Shown here: positions 15,579 through 23,168 of the stretch, one piece after another
Layout of the letters: the number at the start of each line of letters is the position of its first letter
How positions within the stretch are numbered: position 1 is the stretch's first letter
Origin: a virus
Length of the DNA: 64,000 bases
Direction: 5' to 3' (one strand)
Virus record (IMG/VR): IMGVR_UViG_3300005680_000007
Coordinates: 1 to 64,000 of that record
Notes under the pieces: model-generated
Seen by the model: only the letters and a program-made list of their open reading frames with translations
Told to the model about the DNA's origin: nothing
Databases searched by the model: none
Made by a program: the position numbers and the translations under genes

Positions 15579-16028
15579 TCCATTCCGATCCGGGGTCGTC
15601 GGATTAACGACGGGGCCTCGGGGTCATGCCGATGCGGTATGGCTAGATGTATACCGTGGGATGCCTGCGCATACAAGCCCTAGTCCAGGTCAGAAGGGGC
15701 AAGACAGGCCGGTCGGGACGATCCGACTGACAGTAGCTGACCTACCGCCCCCGCATCGATCGGGAGGGGCGGGCCCGGCTCGTCCCTCGTCTCGAGTGAC
15801 ATTCCAGAGCTTGGGCATAGGGACTGTCCCCTTCACCGGGGATAGTCGTCCTATGCCCAGTCTGAACCCTGAACTCAGTGACATCCCTTTGAAAACAATA
15901 TATAATCTTCTCTTTCTATCAACTTGGAAGATGGTAACTGTTGAAAGAGAAGAGAGGGGGCGACCGCAAAAATCCTGTGGGCATGCGGATACTGCATAAG
16001 GCCCTGTGAGGCTTGACAAAAACGCAAC
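15579..16028. ncRNA. ORF-poor, hairpin-dense spacer downstream of the repressor gene: candidate structured RNA or long 3' UTR
   Basis: No ORF with convincing codon bias. There are three strong hairpins: 15745-15772; 15812-15859 (12 bp plus 5 bp); and 15907-15952 (10-bp perfect stem followed on the minus strand by a U-rich run). The region is bounded by the terminator at 15544-15578. Confidence 0.35.
15878..15906 (+). promoter_or_regulatory. near-consensus sigma70-type promoter pointing into the 3' end of the repressor gene
   Basis: GTGACA (15878-15883), a 17-nt spacer, then TATAAT (15901-15906). No plausible ORF follows, so the transcript would be antisense to the CI-like gene. Confidence 0.4.
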
Positions 16029-16712
16029 TCAGCGCGGCCGGGTCGGCCGGTAGGCGTAGATCACCAGCGCAATGATTCGGCCCTCCTCGCCCTCGTATTC
16101 GCCGTAGGGGAGCACCACCGGGGTCTGCCATTGGGGGTCGGTCGAATAGGGCCAGAGCTCGGTCCGGTTTCCGGCCTGCCTGATTCGCTTGGCGGTGACT
16201 TCGCGCAATTGGCCGCCGTCTTTCAGGCGCTCGAAGATCACGAAATCGTCGTTCCGGATGTCGACCGGATGGGCCATGAGGCTGACGCATCGCAGGAATT
16301 CGCCGTCTGACGCCAGTTTGTTGATTGAAGTCCCGCTGACCCGGAGATCGAATTGGGCGCCGATCGGATAGCCCGGTACCGGCGGAAACTCTGAGGGGAT
16401 CGGTTCGAAGTCGATTCGCACGTCGTTCATGAACTCGACGTATCGGCCGGCGGCAACCTCGCCCAGCACATGGATTGGCTCCGGCGCCTCCATGGTGCGA
16501 CCGCTACGCAGCGCCTCGGCGGTGGTGTCAAAAACCTGCGCGATCTCCTGCAGCGCGGATCCCCGCGGCTGATCCACCTTCCCCTGAACGTATTTGTAGA
16601 GCCGATCGAGCAGGGCGGCGTCGTTCGGTTTGCCCATTTCCCGCGCCAGGTCCGGGACCGACATGCCGCGCTGGCGCATCTCCCGTTTCAGGTTTTCCGA
16701 CCAGTGGGGCAT
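16029..16712 (-). CDS. CI-like repressor (N-terminal HTH plus C-terminal LexA/S24-like domain)
   Basis: Probable start MPHWSENLKREMRQRGMSVPDLAREMG at 16712. The C-terminal VSGTSINK...VTAKRIR resembles the S24 Ser/Lys region. It is divergent from a Cro-like gene. Confidence 0.7.
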   Translation of the reverse strand: MPHWSENLKREMRQRGMSVPDLAREMGKPNDAALLDRLYKYVQGKVDQPRGSALQEIAQVFDTTAEALRSGRTMEAPEPIHVLGEVAAGRYVEFMNDVRIDFEPIPSEFPPVPGYPIGAQFDLRVSGTSINKLASDGEFLRCVSLMAHPVDIRNDDFVIFERLKDGGQLREVTAKRIRQAGNRTELWPYSTDPQWQTPVVLPYGEYEGEEGRIIALVIYAYRPTRPR

Positions 16713-16797
16713 TCCGAAATTGTAAATTGTGGAAATTCCTTCGGTATGGATTTCCGGCCCCTTGTGCATGGAATTTAATTCCAGTATATGGGGCTTC
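16713..16797. promoter_or_regulatory. divergent promoter/operator region
   Basis: Palindrome TGGAAT-TTA-ATTCCA at 16769-16783. It sits in the 17-nt spacer of TTGTGC (16762-16767)/TATATG (16785-16790). Further TGGAA/TTCC elements lie at 16730-16739 and 16747-16755. TACAAT on the minus strand lies 6 nt from the cI ATG. Confidence 0.5.
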
Positions 16798-17058
16798 ATG
16801 GAAGAGAAGCCCGCACCCCTTTCGATCTCGGAAATCATCAAGCGCGCCGGCGGTCCGAATGCGATCGCCGCTGCCGCCGACGGCGCAATCTCGACCGATG
16901 CGGTCTACAAATGGCCGCAGATCGGCATCCCGGATCGACACTGGCCGAGCATCATCGCGCTCGCTGCCGCGGGCGGGGCCACGATCACTCCGGACGACCT
17001 CATGCGTGCAAACATTGCTGCGCGCGCGGCTCGGGCCGGCGCGGACGCAGCTGCATGA
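16798..17058 (+). CDS. Cro/YdaS-like small DNA-binding protein
   Basis: MEEKPAPLSISEIIKRAGGPNAIAAAADGAISTDAVYKWPQIGIPDRHW. Divergent from the repressor. An earlier in-frame start at 16768 is possible. Confidence 0.6.
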   Translation: MEEKPAPLSISEIIKRAGGPNAIAAAADGAISTDAVYKWPQIGIPDRHWPSIIALAAAGGATITPDDLMRANIAARAARAGADAAA

Positions 17059-17069
17059 CCGGCCCGCGC
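17053..17069. repeat. 17-bp direct repeat, copy 1 (GCATGACCGGCCCGCGC)
   Basis: It contains the cro stop within an ATGA overlap. Confidence 0.9.
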
Positions 17070-17072
17070 GAC

Positions 17073-17498
17073 TCAGTGCAGCAATCGCAGGAAGGGCATC
17101 TGCGCGCGCAGTCGCAATTTGCGCATGAAGGCGCACGCCGCGAGCCGAAGCGCCGCGGGCACGTCCTCCCATTGCATGACGATCTGAGCGCGGATGTGGT
17201 GTTCGACCGGGCCTTGCGTTCCGAGCGGCATCTGCTCGACGTAGCAGACGAAGCGCGCGCAATCCCCCAGGTCCTCGATGTCTTCCAGTCCTCGAATGTA
17301 AACGTCGGTGACTGTCGCCGGTCGGATTACCACCGGCGCCGCTTTGACAGCCTCCAGCATGGCATTGCCCCATTCCGCCGGGCGTCTTTTTACGCTTCCC
17401 GGTCCAGGCAACATGGTGCCACACGGTTCCAGTTTGGAAACGGTAAAAGTCACAGTGGCGCGGCAAAATTTGTCGCGGCACCGCACGCGATGTTTCAA
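17073..17498 (-). CDS. antisense-oriented hypothetical protein inside a 492-bp insert (moron-like)
   Basis: 141-aa ORF, with shorter versions from Mets at 17414 or 17360. It is the only minus-strand gene in the rightward early operon and is flanked by the 17-bp direct repeats. Confidence 0.45.
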   Translation of the reverse strand: MKHRVRCRDKFCRATVTFTVSKLEPCGTMLPGPGSVKRRPAEWGNAMLEAVKAAPVVIRPATVTDVYIRGLEDIEDLGDCARFVCYVEQMPLGTQGPVEHHIRAQIVMQWEDVPAALRLAACAFMRKLRLRAQMPFLRLLH

Positions 17499-17561
17499 GC
17501 TTCAACTGGATACGGAATTCACAGCGATTTCTATGCGCGCTCATTTTCTCTGATGGGTGCG

Positions 17562-17578
17562 GCATGACCGGCCCGCGC
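17562..17578. repeat. 17-bp direct repeat, copy 2 (GCATGACCGGCCCGCGC)
   Basis: It contains the ATG of the RHH gene and is identical to copy 1, 509 bp away. Confidence 0.9.
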
Positions 17579-17818
17579 CGCATCACGATCGATCTGCGGC
17601 CGTCCGACGCCGCGCGCCTCGACCTGATGGCGGAACGCACCGGGCTTTCGGTCGATCGTCTCGCGGCCGATCTGTTCCAAGATATTCTGGCGTCAGCCAT
17701 TCCGTCCGAGGTTTCACGTGACGAATGCGGTGGACCGCGCTCCGGGCCGGCGGGACGAGGCACAAACTCGCCGGCCCGGGCGCTCTCCTTCATCGCAGGC
17801 GTGGGGAGCCAGCGATGA
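17564..17818 (+). CDS. ribbon-helix-helix (CopG/Arc-like) protein
   Basis: RRITIDLRPSDAARLDLMAERTGLSVDRLAADLFQDIL. Confidence 0.55.
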   Translation: MTGPRRITIDLRPSDAARLDLMAERTGLSVDRLAADLFQDILASAIPSEVSRDECGGPRSGPAGRGTNSPARALSFIAGVGSQR

Positions 17819-18192
17819 GAACGCGGAAACTCACATTCGCGCAGTGCAAGGCGCTCGCCGAAGCCCGCGAACGCGGCGAGACCGTGAAGGTCCTCGCCAA
17901 GCGCTTCGGCATCTCGCCCGGCTACGTCTCCCATATCGCCAATCAGATGGGGGCGAAGAAGCCCGTCACGGTGAAGCAGCGCATCCTGGATTACGCGCGC
18001 GACAATCCCAGCGCGTCGACCGCGGACATTGCGGCGGCGGTCAATACGACGAGGCAGAGCGTCCGCGCGGTTCTTTACGACTGCGGATGGTTCGAAGAGC
18101 GCGGCGTCGTGGCGATCGGTCGCGCCGCCGTCGCGGCTGGCCTCACCGTCAAGGACATCCAGGCGCTCGCCGCTCAGAGGAGCGCGCAATGA
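17815..18192 (+). CDS. HTH-containing early protein
   Basis: ATGA overlap at 17815. Two HTH-like segments: VKVLAKRFGISPGYVSHIANQ and STADIAAAVNTTRQSVRAVL. Confidence 0.5.
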   Translation: MRTRKLTFAQCKALAEARERGETVKVLAKRFGISPGYVSHIANQMGAKKPVTVKQRILDYARDNPSASTADIAAAVNTTRQSVRAVLYDCGWFEERGVVAIGRAAVAAGLTVKDIQALAAQRSAQ

Positions 18193-18309
18193 CCAATCCG
18201 ATTTCGAATATGCGTAGCGTTGGGGTGCGTCCATGCGTTCAAGTTATGAGGCTCGCGTTGCCGAGCAAACTGAAATCCAACGCAAGATCGTGCAGGGGAC
18301 TGCAAGATA

Positions 18310-18669
18310 TTGCAGCGGGAAATTCGGGAGAGCTTGGTCTGTGGGTCAGCGATCTCTGAATTGCCGCTGCAAATTCTGCCGGAGCGGGGGATGGTGATTG
18401 CGAACGGGAAATTCGTCACGATTTCGGGGCAGGAGATGGAATTGCTCGCGCTTCTGGCCAAGTTGTTCCCGCGCGTGCTCACGAAAGAAGCGGCGCTTGA
18501 TCATCTGTATCAGTTGGACCCGGATGGCGAAGCCGAGGCAAAAATCGTCGATGTCCTGATCTGCAAAATCAGGCGCAAGGTTCAGCCGCTGGGGCTGCGC
18601 ATCGATACGCACTGGGGAAAGGGCTACGCGCTCGCCGCGCCAGTCCGTGTTGCACAGGCGGCCGCATGA
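18310..18669 (+). CDS. OmpR/PhoB-type winged-helix DNA-binding domain protein lacking a receiver domain
   Basis: VTISGQEMELLALLAKLFPRVLTKEAALDHLY...AKIVDVLICKIRRKVQPLGLRIDTHWGKGYAL (Trans_reg_C pattern). TTG at 18310 or ATG at 18388. Confidence 0.65.
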   Translation: MQREIRESLVCGSAISELPLQILPERGMVIANGKFVTISGQEMELLALLAKLFPRVLTKEAALDHLYQLDPDGEAEAKIVDVLICKIRRKVQPLGLRIDTHWGKGYALAAPVRVAQAAA

Positions 18670-18920
18670 CACCCCCCCTCATCCGCAAGGACAAGCTCCC
18701 GCTGGCGAGAGAGTTGGGCGTGGAAGACCGCGCTGCCGAGCGCGCAGCGGTCGAGGCCGGATATGGCGAGCTGCGCTCCTATGTCGAACGCAGTCTCCCG
18801 CACGCGGTGCCGATCAGCCATGACGTGTTCGCCTTCTATGACAAAATCGCGAAGCGGGAAGGCGGGAGTGTCGCGGCGGTCATCAACGATACCCTCCGCA
18901 AGGCGGCCGGGGTGGAATGA
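18666..18920 (+). CDS. hypothetical protein
   Basis: 84-aa ORF with ATGA overlaps on both sides. Confidence 0.45.
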   Translation: MTPPLIRKDKLPLARELGVEDRAAERAAVEAGYGELRSYVERSLPHAVPISHDVFAFYDKIAKREGGSVAAVINDTLRKAAGVE

Positions 18921-20173
18921 TGCTGGCGCTCCCGACCCCGGAGACGTTCTTGGACGGCCGCGTCACGCTGTGGTGCGGTGACGTGCGGGAGATGCTTGGC
19001 CGGTTGCCGAGCGACCATTTCGATTGCGTGGTGACATCACCGCCGTATTGGGGCCTTCGCGATTACGGTGTCAGCGGCCAGCTTGGTCTCGAGCCGACGC
19101 TGGGCGAGCATCTGGCCGTCATGGTCGACGTGTTCCGCGAGGTCCGCCGCGTGCTGAAACCGACCGGCACGCTCTGGCTCAATTACGGCGACTGCTATGC
19201 GACGTCGCCGAACGGGCGCTCTGCGGCTGAAACAAAGGCTGCCGGCAACGACGACCGCACCTTTCGCGACAAGCCGTTCAGCACCATCGGCGGCGTTCTG
19301 AAAGCCAAAGACCTGTGCATGATCCCGAACCGTCTTGCAATCGCGCTGCAGGAGGACGGCTGGTGGGTGCGATCCGAGATCGTATGGGGCAAGCCGAACC
19401 CGATGCCGGACTCCAGCGGCAAATATCGCCCGAGTACGGCACACGAAAAAATCTTCCTCCTCACCAAAAGCGGCAAGAGTTTCTATGACGCGGAGGCCGT
19501 CGCGCTCCCTTGCAGCCCTAACACGCATGCCCGCATCTCTCAGGAAGTCGAGAAGCAGGTCGGGTCAGCGCGCGCGAACGGTGGCCGAAAGACCAACGGC
19601 AACATGAAAGCCGTAGTCCGCAAGCAGGACGGCCACGGGCGGCGCCACGATGGTTTCAACGAGCGTTATTTCGGCGGCAAGGTTGCGGAGGCTGGGTCCG
19701 GAATGCCTGTGGAGACACGGTATTTGCGCAACTACGAGCCAGCGTTCTTGCCCGCATGGGTGATCGGTACGTCGCCATTCTCAGAAGCGCACTTCGCCAC
19801 GTTCCCGCCCGAACTCGCTGAGCGCTGCATCAACGCCGGCTGCCCTGCAGGCGGCGAAGTGCTCGATCCATTTGGCGGCGCCGGCACCACTGCCCTGGTC
19901 GCTGCTTCGCTTGGCCGCCGCGCGACCCTGATCGAACTCAATCCGGAATACTGCCGCCTCGCGCGCGCCAGGATCGAAAGCGCGTTCATGGGCAAGGGCG
20001 AGGGCGCTCGCCACATGGCCGCCGCGCTCGGCAAGACGCAATCAGCCGAAAGCCTCCCGCTATTCGGCGCAAAAGAGGAGACCGCAAGTGCAGCCCGCGC
20101 AATCGGAATCCCCGCCCGCCACCCACAACCAGACCGTCGATGCCGACGCAATGGTGGTCGTCACGCTCTCTAA
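18917..20173 (+). CDS. beta-class N4/N6 DNA methyltransferase (SPPY motif IV)
   Basis: VVTSPPYWGL, IVWGKPNPMP, HFATFPPEL and LDPFGGAGTT (N6_N4_Mtase order). The last ~30 aa look like shadow and overlap the next gene. Confidence 0.8.
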   Translation: MMLALPTPETFLDGRVTLWCGDVREMLGRLPSDHFDCVVTSPPYWGLRDYGVSGQLGLEPTLGEHLAVMVDVFREVRRVLKPTGTLWLNYGDCYATSPNGRSAAETKAAGNDDRTFRDKPFSTIGGVLKAKDLCMIPNRLAIALQEDGWWVRSEIVWGKPNPMPDSSGKYRPSTAHEKIFLLTKSGKSFYDAEAVALPCSPNTHARISQEVEKQVGSARANGGRKTNGNMKAVVRKQDGHGRRHDGFNERYFGGKVAEAGSGMPVETRYLRNYEPAFLPAWVIGTSPFSEAHFATFPPELAERCINAGCPAGGEVLDPFGGAGTTALVAASLGRRATLIELNPEYCRLARARIESAFMGKGEGARHMAAALGKTQSAESLPLFGAKEETASAARAIGIPARHPQPDRRCRRNGGRHAL

Positions 20174-20618
20174 AATCCGGAGAGCGCAGGAGGACAATGC
20201 CTCCGCGAACGGAACGCTCCGCAACGCTTTCGCGCAGGCCGAAAAGCGCGGGATCAATCTCCCGGCCGCGAAGCGCGCGCTCAAGATCCTCAAGTCCGAC
20301 AACCGCGACGAGGCGGTGGAGGAAATCAAGCAAACCTTCTACTACCTTCGGGTGCTCGGTCAGGCGGTGCCAAAGAGCCAGCTTGACCTGTTCGAGGTTG
20401 CCGGCGGTCCCGCACCGCTCGACGAGAAGGCCGCAGAAGACGGGCGCCGGGCCGGGCTGCTCGGCGATGCGGAATCCTGTCCCCACGATCTCAATACCGA
20501 CGCCGGCAAGGCATGGCTCAACGCATTCCGTCAGGGCCGCGCCGAGCGCGACATCGTCATGGCGATGGCCGACGAGGACGAGGAATCGGCCGAAGCCGAG
20601 GACGCCGAGGGAGAATGA
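20088..20618 (+). CDS. hypothetical early protein
   Basis: GTG start with GAGGAG 7 nt upstream. 176 aa with an acidic C-terminus. Confidence 0.5.
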   Translation: MQPAQSESPPATHNQTVDADAMVVVTLSKIRRAQEDNASANGTLRNAFAQAEKRGINLPAAKRALKILKSDNRDEAVEEIKQTFYYLRVLGQAVPKSQLDLFEVAGGPAPLDEKAAEDGRRAGLLGDAESCPHDLNTDAGKAWLNAFRQGRAERDIVMAMADEDEESAEAEDAEGE

Positions 20619-21232
20619 CCGTCATCTGCGGACTGGATTCGGCCACGACAAGCGGCGCTGCGATCCTCCGCGGCGACCGGCTCGTTCATGCCGAATTCTT
20701 CCGCCCCAAGGGCAGTACCGACGCGGAAATCTTCGCGGGTTTCCGCATCTGGTGGCGCGCGCTGTTGAAGGCCAACGAGGTCGAGGAAGTCGCGATCGAG
20801 GAGCCGCTTCGCACCGACCTATCTATGAACGAAACCGAGGATCGGAGCGACGTGTTCGGTTCGTCCCGCTTCACCGTCAAGAAGCCGATCGGGACCATGC
20901 GGACGTTCCTGCGGCTCTACGGCATCCGCGCGCACGCGATCGAGGTTTGCCATTCGATCAATGTGCCGTGCCGGGAAGTGAACAATGCCACTTGGCGGTC
21001 CAAGATTTACGGGGGCCGACGGCCGCCGAGGGGCCTGAACTCTGCACAGCGCTCGGCCTGGTGGAAGCAGCAGGCGCTCAATCACTGCGCGCTGATCGGG
21101 TGGGACATCAAATCGAAGGACGCCGCCGAAGGCGCGATGATCGCGGAATATCTGCGCATCACGCTCAAGGAAGAGCGGCTGGGCTACTCGGCCCGTCCTG
21201 GGGAATTCAAATTCGGGGAGAGCGCGGCATGA
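20615..21232 (+). CDS. RuvC-like Holliday-junction resolvase
   Basis: ATGA overlap. Starts MTVICGLDSATTSGAAIL, with further acidic motifs AIEEP and KDAAEGAMIAEY. Confidence 0.55.
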   Translation: MTVICGLDSATTSGAAILRGDRLVHAEFFRPKGSTDAEIFAGFRIWWRALLKANEVEEVAIEEPLRTDLSMNETEDRSDVFGSSRFTVKKPIGTMRTFLRLYGIRAHAIEVCHSINVPCREVNNATWRSKIYGGRRPPRGLNSAQRSAWWKQQALNHCALIGWDIKSKDAAEGAMIAEYLRITLKEERLGYSARPGEFKFGESAA

Positions 21233-21768
21233 GCTTCGAGTGGAGTGACGTCCGGATCGAGCAATTGAAGGCCCTTTGGAGTGAAGGGCTTTCGGCGTCC
21301 AAGATCGCCGCTGAAATGAGCGACCCGGTGCGGGGGATGGTGCTTTCCCGGAGCGCGATCATCGGCAAGGTGCATCGGCTCGGGCTGCCGGGGCGCGCAC
21401 GGGCCCCCCGCCCGGCCGTGGTGCCGGAGCGGCCCCGCCGCGTCCCGGTGCGCGTCTCGGTGCAAGGGAAGGGAGCAATCCGCCTCCTCGATGCGAAATG
21501 CGAGCCGATCGAAATGCGGGAGGCCGATGCGGTCCCGCTCAATATCGGGCTGAGCGATCTGAACGGCACGACCTGCCGCTTCCCGTATGGCGACGAGGCA
21601 CCATACCGGTTCTGCGGACATCCGCCGATCAAGGACTCGCCGTATTGTGCCGCGCACCATCACATCACGCACAACGAGCCGCCGCGCGAAATCTCGGATG
21701 AAGAATCCGCCAAGCGTTCCGCCGCGCAGAAGCGGTCATGGGCCACGCGCAAGACCGAGGCGGCATGA
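21229..21768 (+). CDS. gcrA: GcrA-family cell-cycle regulator homologue
   Basis: WSDVRIEQLKALWSEGLSASKIAAEM...LSRSAIIGKVHRLGL, and C-terminal TCRFPYGDEAPYRFCGHPPIKDSPYCAAHH. Confidence 0.75.
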   Translation: MSFEWSDVRIEQLKALWSEGLSASKIAAEMSDPVRGMVLSRSAIIGKVHRLGLPGRARAPRPAVVPERPRRVPVRVSVQGKGAIRLLDAKCEPIEMREADAVPLNIGLSDLNGTTCRFPYGDEAPYRFCGHPPIKDSPYCAAHHHITHNEPPREISDEESAKRSAAQKRSWATRKTEAA

Positions 21769-23168
21769 ACGCACCGCGCCGCATTGAGGACTTCCTGCCG
21801 GCCGACATTCAGATCGAGCAAGCCCTGCTCGGCCTGGTGTTGTTGAAGAACGACGCTTGGCTCGAGGCTTCCGAGATCGTCGAGGCGCAGCATTTTTCCG
21901 AGCATCTCCACCAGCGCATCTGGGAATTCATCAGCGCGAAACTCGATGCGGGGGAGAAGGTCACGCCGCTGACCATGGGCGCGGCGCTCGGGCCGGACGC
22001 CAAGGCCGAAATCATCCCCGGCGTGACAGTCTCGGAATATCTCGCCCGGCTCGTGTCCGAAAGCATTGCGGGCCTGACGCAGGCCGCAGAACTCGCCAAG
22101 ACCATCCGCGACCTGTGGCGCCGCCGGCAGATCATCACGCTTGCCGCCGAGATGCAGCAGCGCGTGGCCGGCGGGTTGGGCGAGGCCGGCGTTGATGAAT
22201 TGCTGGACGAACTCGATCAGGAACTGAGCGCAATCCGGTTCGGCAAGGAAATCGCGGGGGTGGTCACGATCGGCGCAGCTGCGGAAGATGCGCTGAACGA
22301 CACGGCCCGCGCCTATCAGAGCGAGCAGCGGGTAGGCTTCGAGACGGGCCTGCCGACGCTGGACGAATTGATCGGGCCAATGATGCCGGGCGACCTGATC
22401 ACGCTCGGCGGCCCGTCCGGAGCGGGGAAGTCGGCGCTCGCTGCGCAGATCCTTCGCCACAACGCGCAGGGGCTATTCCCGCAGCCGGGCTTCTTCCTGT
22501 CGATGGAAATGAGCGCGTCCGCGATCGTGCGCCGGGAATTGGCGGCCGATACCCGGATCACGATGCGCCAGCAGAAGACCGGGGACATCACGCAGGGGGA
22601 ATACGAATACCTCCGCGACACCGTGAAGGCGATGAAGTCGATCCCGATCCATGTGGACGACAGCGGCCGGATGAAGGTCTCGCAGATCGTGAAGCGCCTG
22701 CGGGCGATGAAGAAGCGCCACAACATCGCACTGGCGGTGCTGGACAACATCCCCCTGATCGCGCCGGAGCGCGACCGCTGGACCGACATCGAGACCATCA
22801 AGCACGCGATGCCGATCCTGAAAGACACGGCGAAGGAATTGGGAATTGCCCTGATCGCAATTGCGCAGGTGACTCGCGAGAGCATGAAGCGCACGACCTG
22901 GCGCATCCGGTCGAGCTCGATATTCGGCGGCGAGATCATCAAGCAATGCTCCGACATCATGGCCGGGGTGGTGCTGCCGTCGCAATGGCTGATCGAGAAC
23001 GAGCCGGAAGGCGAGGGCACCAAGGCCCATGACAAGTGGCTGCGTGACACCGAGCAATGGCGCGGGAAGGCGGAATTGGCGGCGCTGAAGGTGCGCGACG
23101 ACGCCAGCGGCAGCTACCGGCGCTGCGATTTCGACGGCAAAACGGTGCGGTTCAGCGAGGAACGATGA
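21765..23168 (+). CDS. dnaB: replicative DNA helicase DnaB
   Basis: Starts at 21765. N-terminal IEQALLGLVLL, Walker A GGPSGAGKSALA, and the RecA-like C-terminal domain. Confidence 0.85.
   Translation: MNAPRRIEDFLPADIQIEQALLGLVLLKNDAWLEASEIVEAQHFSEHLHQRIWEFISAKLDAGEKVTPLTMGAALGPDAKAEIIPGVTVSEYLARLVSESIAGLTQAAELAKTIRDLWRRRQIITLAAEMQQRVAGGLGEAGVDELLDELDQELSAIRFGKEIAGVVTIGAAAEDALNDTARAYQSEQRVGFETGLPTLDELIGPMMPGDLITLGGPSGAGKSALAAQILRHNAQGLFPQPGFFLSMEMSASAIVRRELAADTRITMRQQKTGDITQGEYEYLRDTVKAMKSIPIHVDDSGRMKVSQIVKRLRAMKKRHNIALAVLDNIPLIAPERDRWTDIETIKHAMPILKDTAKELGIALIAIAQVTRESMKRTTWRIRSSSIFGGEIIKQCSDIMAGVVLPSQWLIENEPEGEGTKAHDKWLRDTEQWRGKAELAALKVRDDASGSYRRCDFDGKTVRFSEER

Noticed and set aside
15594-15650. 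Resemblance to the 5' part of tmRNA (GGGGTCGTCGGATTAACGACGGGG...GGGTCATGCCGATGCGG against GGGGCUGAUUCUGGAUUCGACGGG...GGUGCAUGCCGAGGGGCGG).
   Set aside because: There is no matching 3' acceptor strand with CCA, no T-arm partner and no plausible Ala-initiated tag ORF ending in a hydrophobic-AA stop. The location is not an ssrA locus. It is treated as chance or very degenerate similarity and is worth only a covariance-model check.
15406-15999. 197-aa plus-strand ORF, and the minus-strand ORFs 15413-15676 and 15690-16019, in the repressor-pL spacer.
   Set aside because: Third-position GC is weak compared with neighbouring genes. The ORFs run through a terminator hairpin and a promoter. No start context or motif is present.
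16528-18234. 568-aa minus-strand ORF spanning the immunity region.
   Set aside because: It runs through the cro-like, RHH and HTH genes on the opposite strand and through the divergent promoter region. Its composition is Arg/Gly/Ala shadow.
18917-20173. Calling this MTase a CcrM orthologue paired with the phage GcrA.
   Set aside because: Motif IV is SPPY rather than the DPPY of CcrM-type GANTC adenine methyltransferases. Target and base specificity cannot be assigned from the sequence alone.
20140-21768. 542-aa plus-strand ORF.
   Set aside because: For most of its length it is an alternative frame across the 20088-20618 and RuvC-like genes, with Arg/Pro/Ser-rich translation. Only its last ~180 codons (the GcrA-like gene from 21229) are credible.
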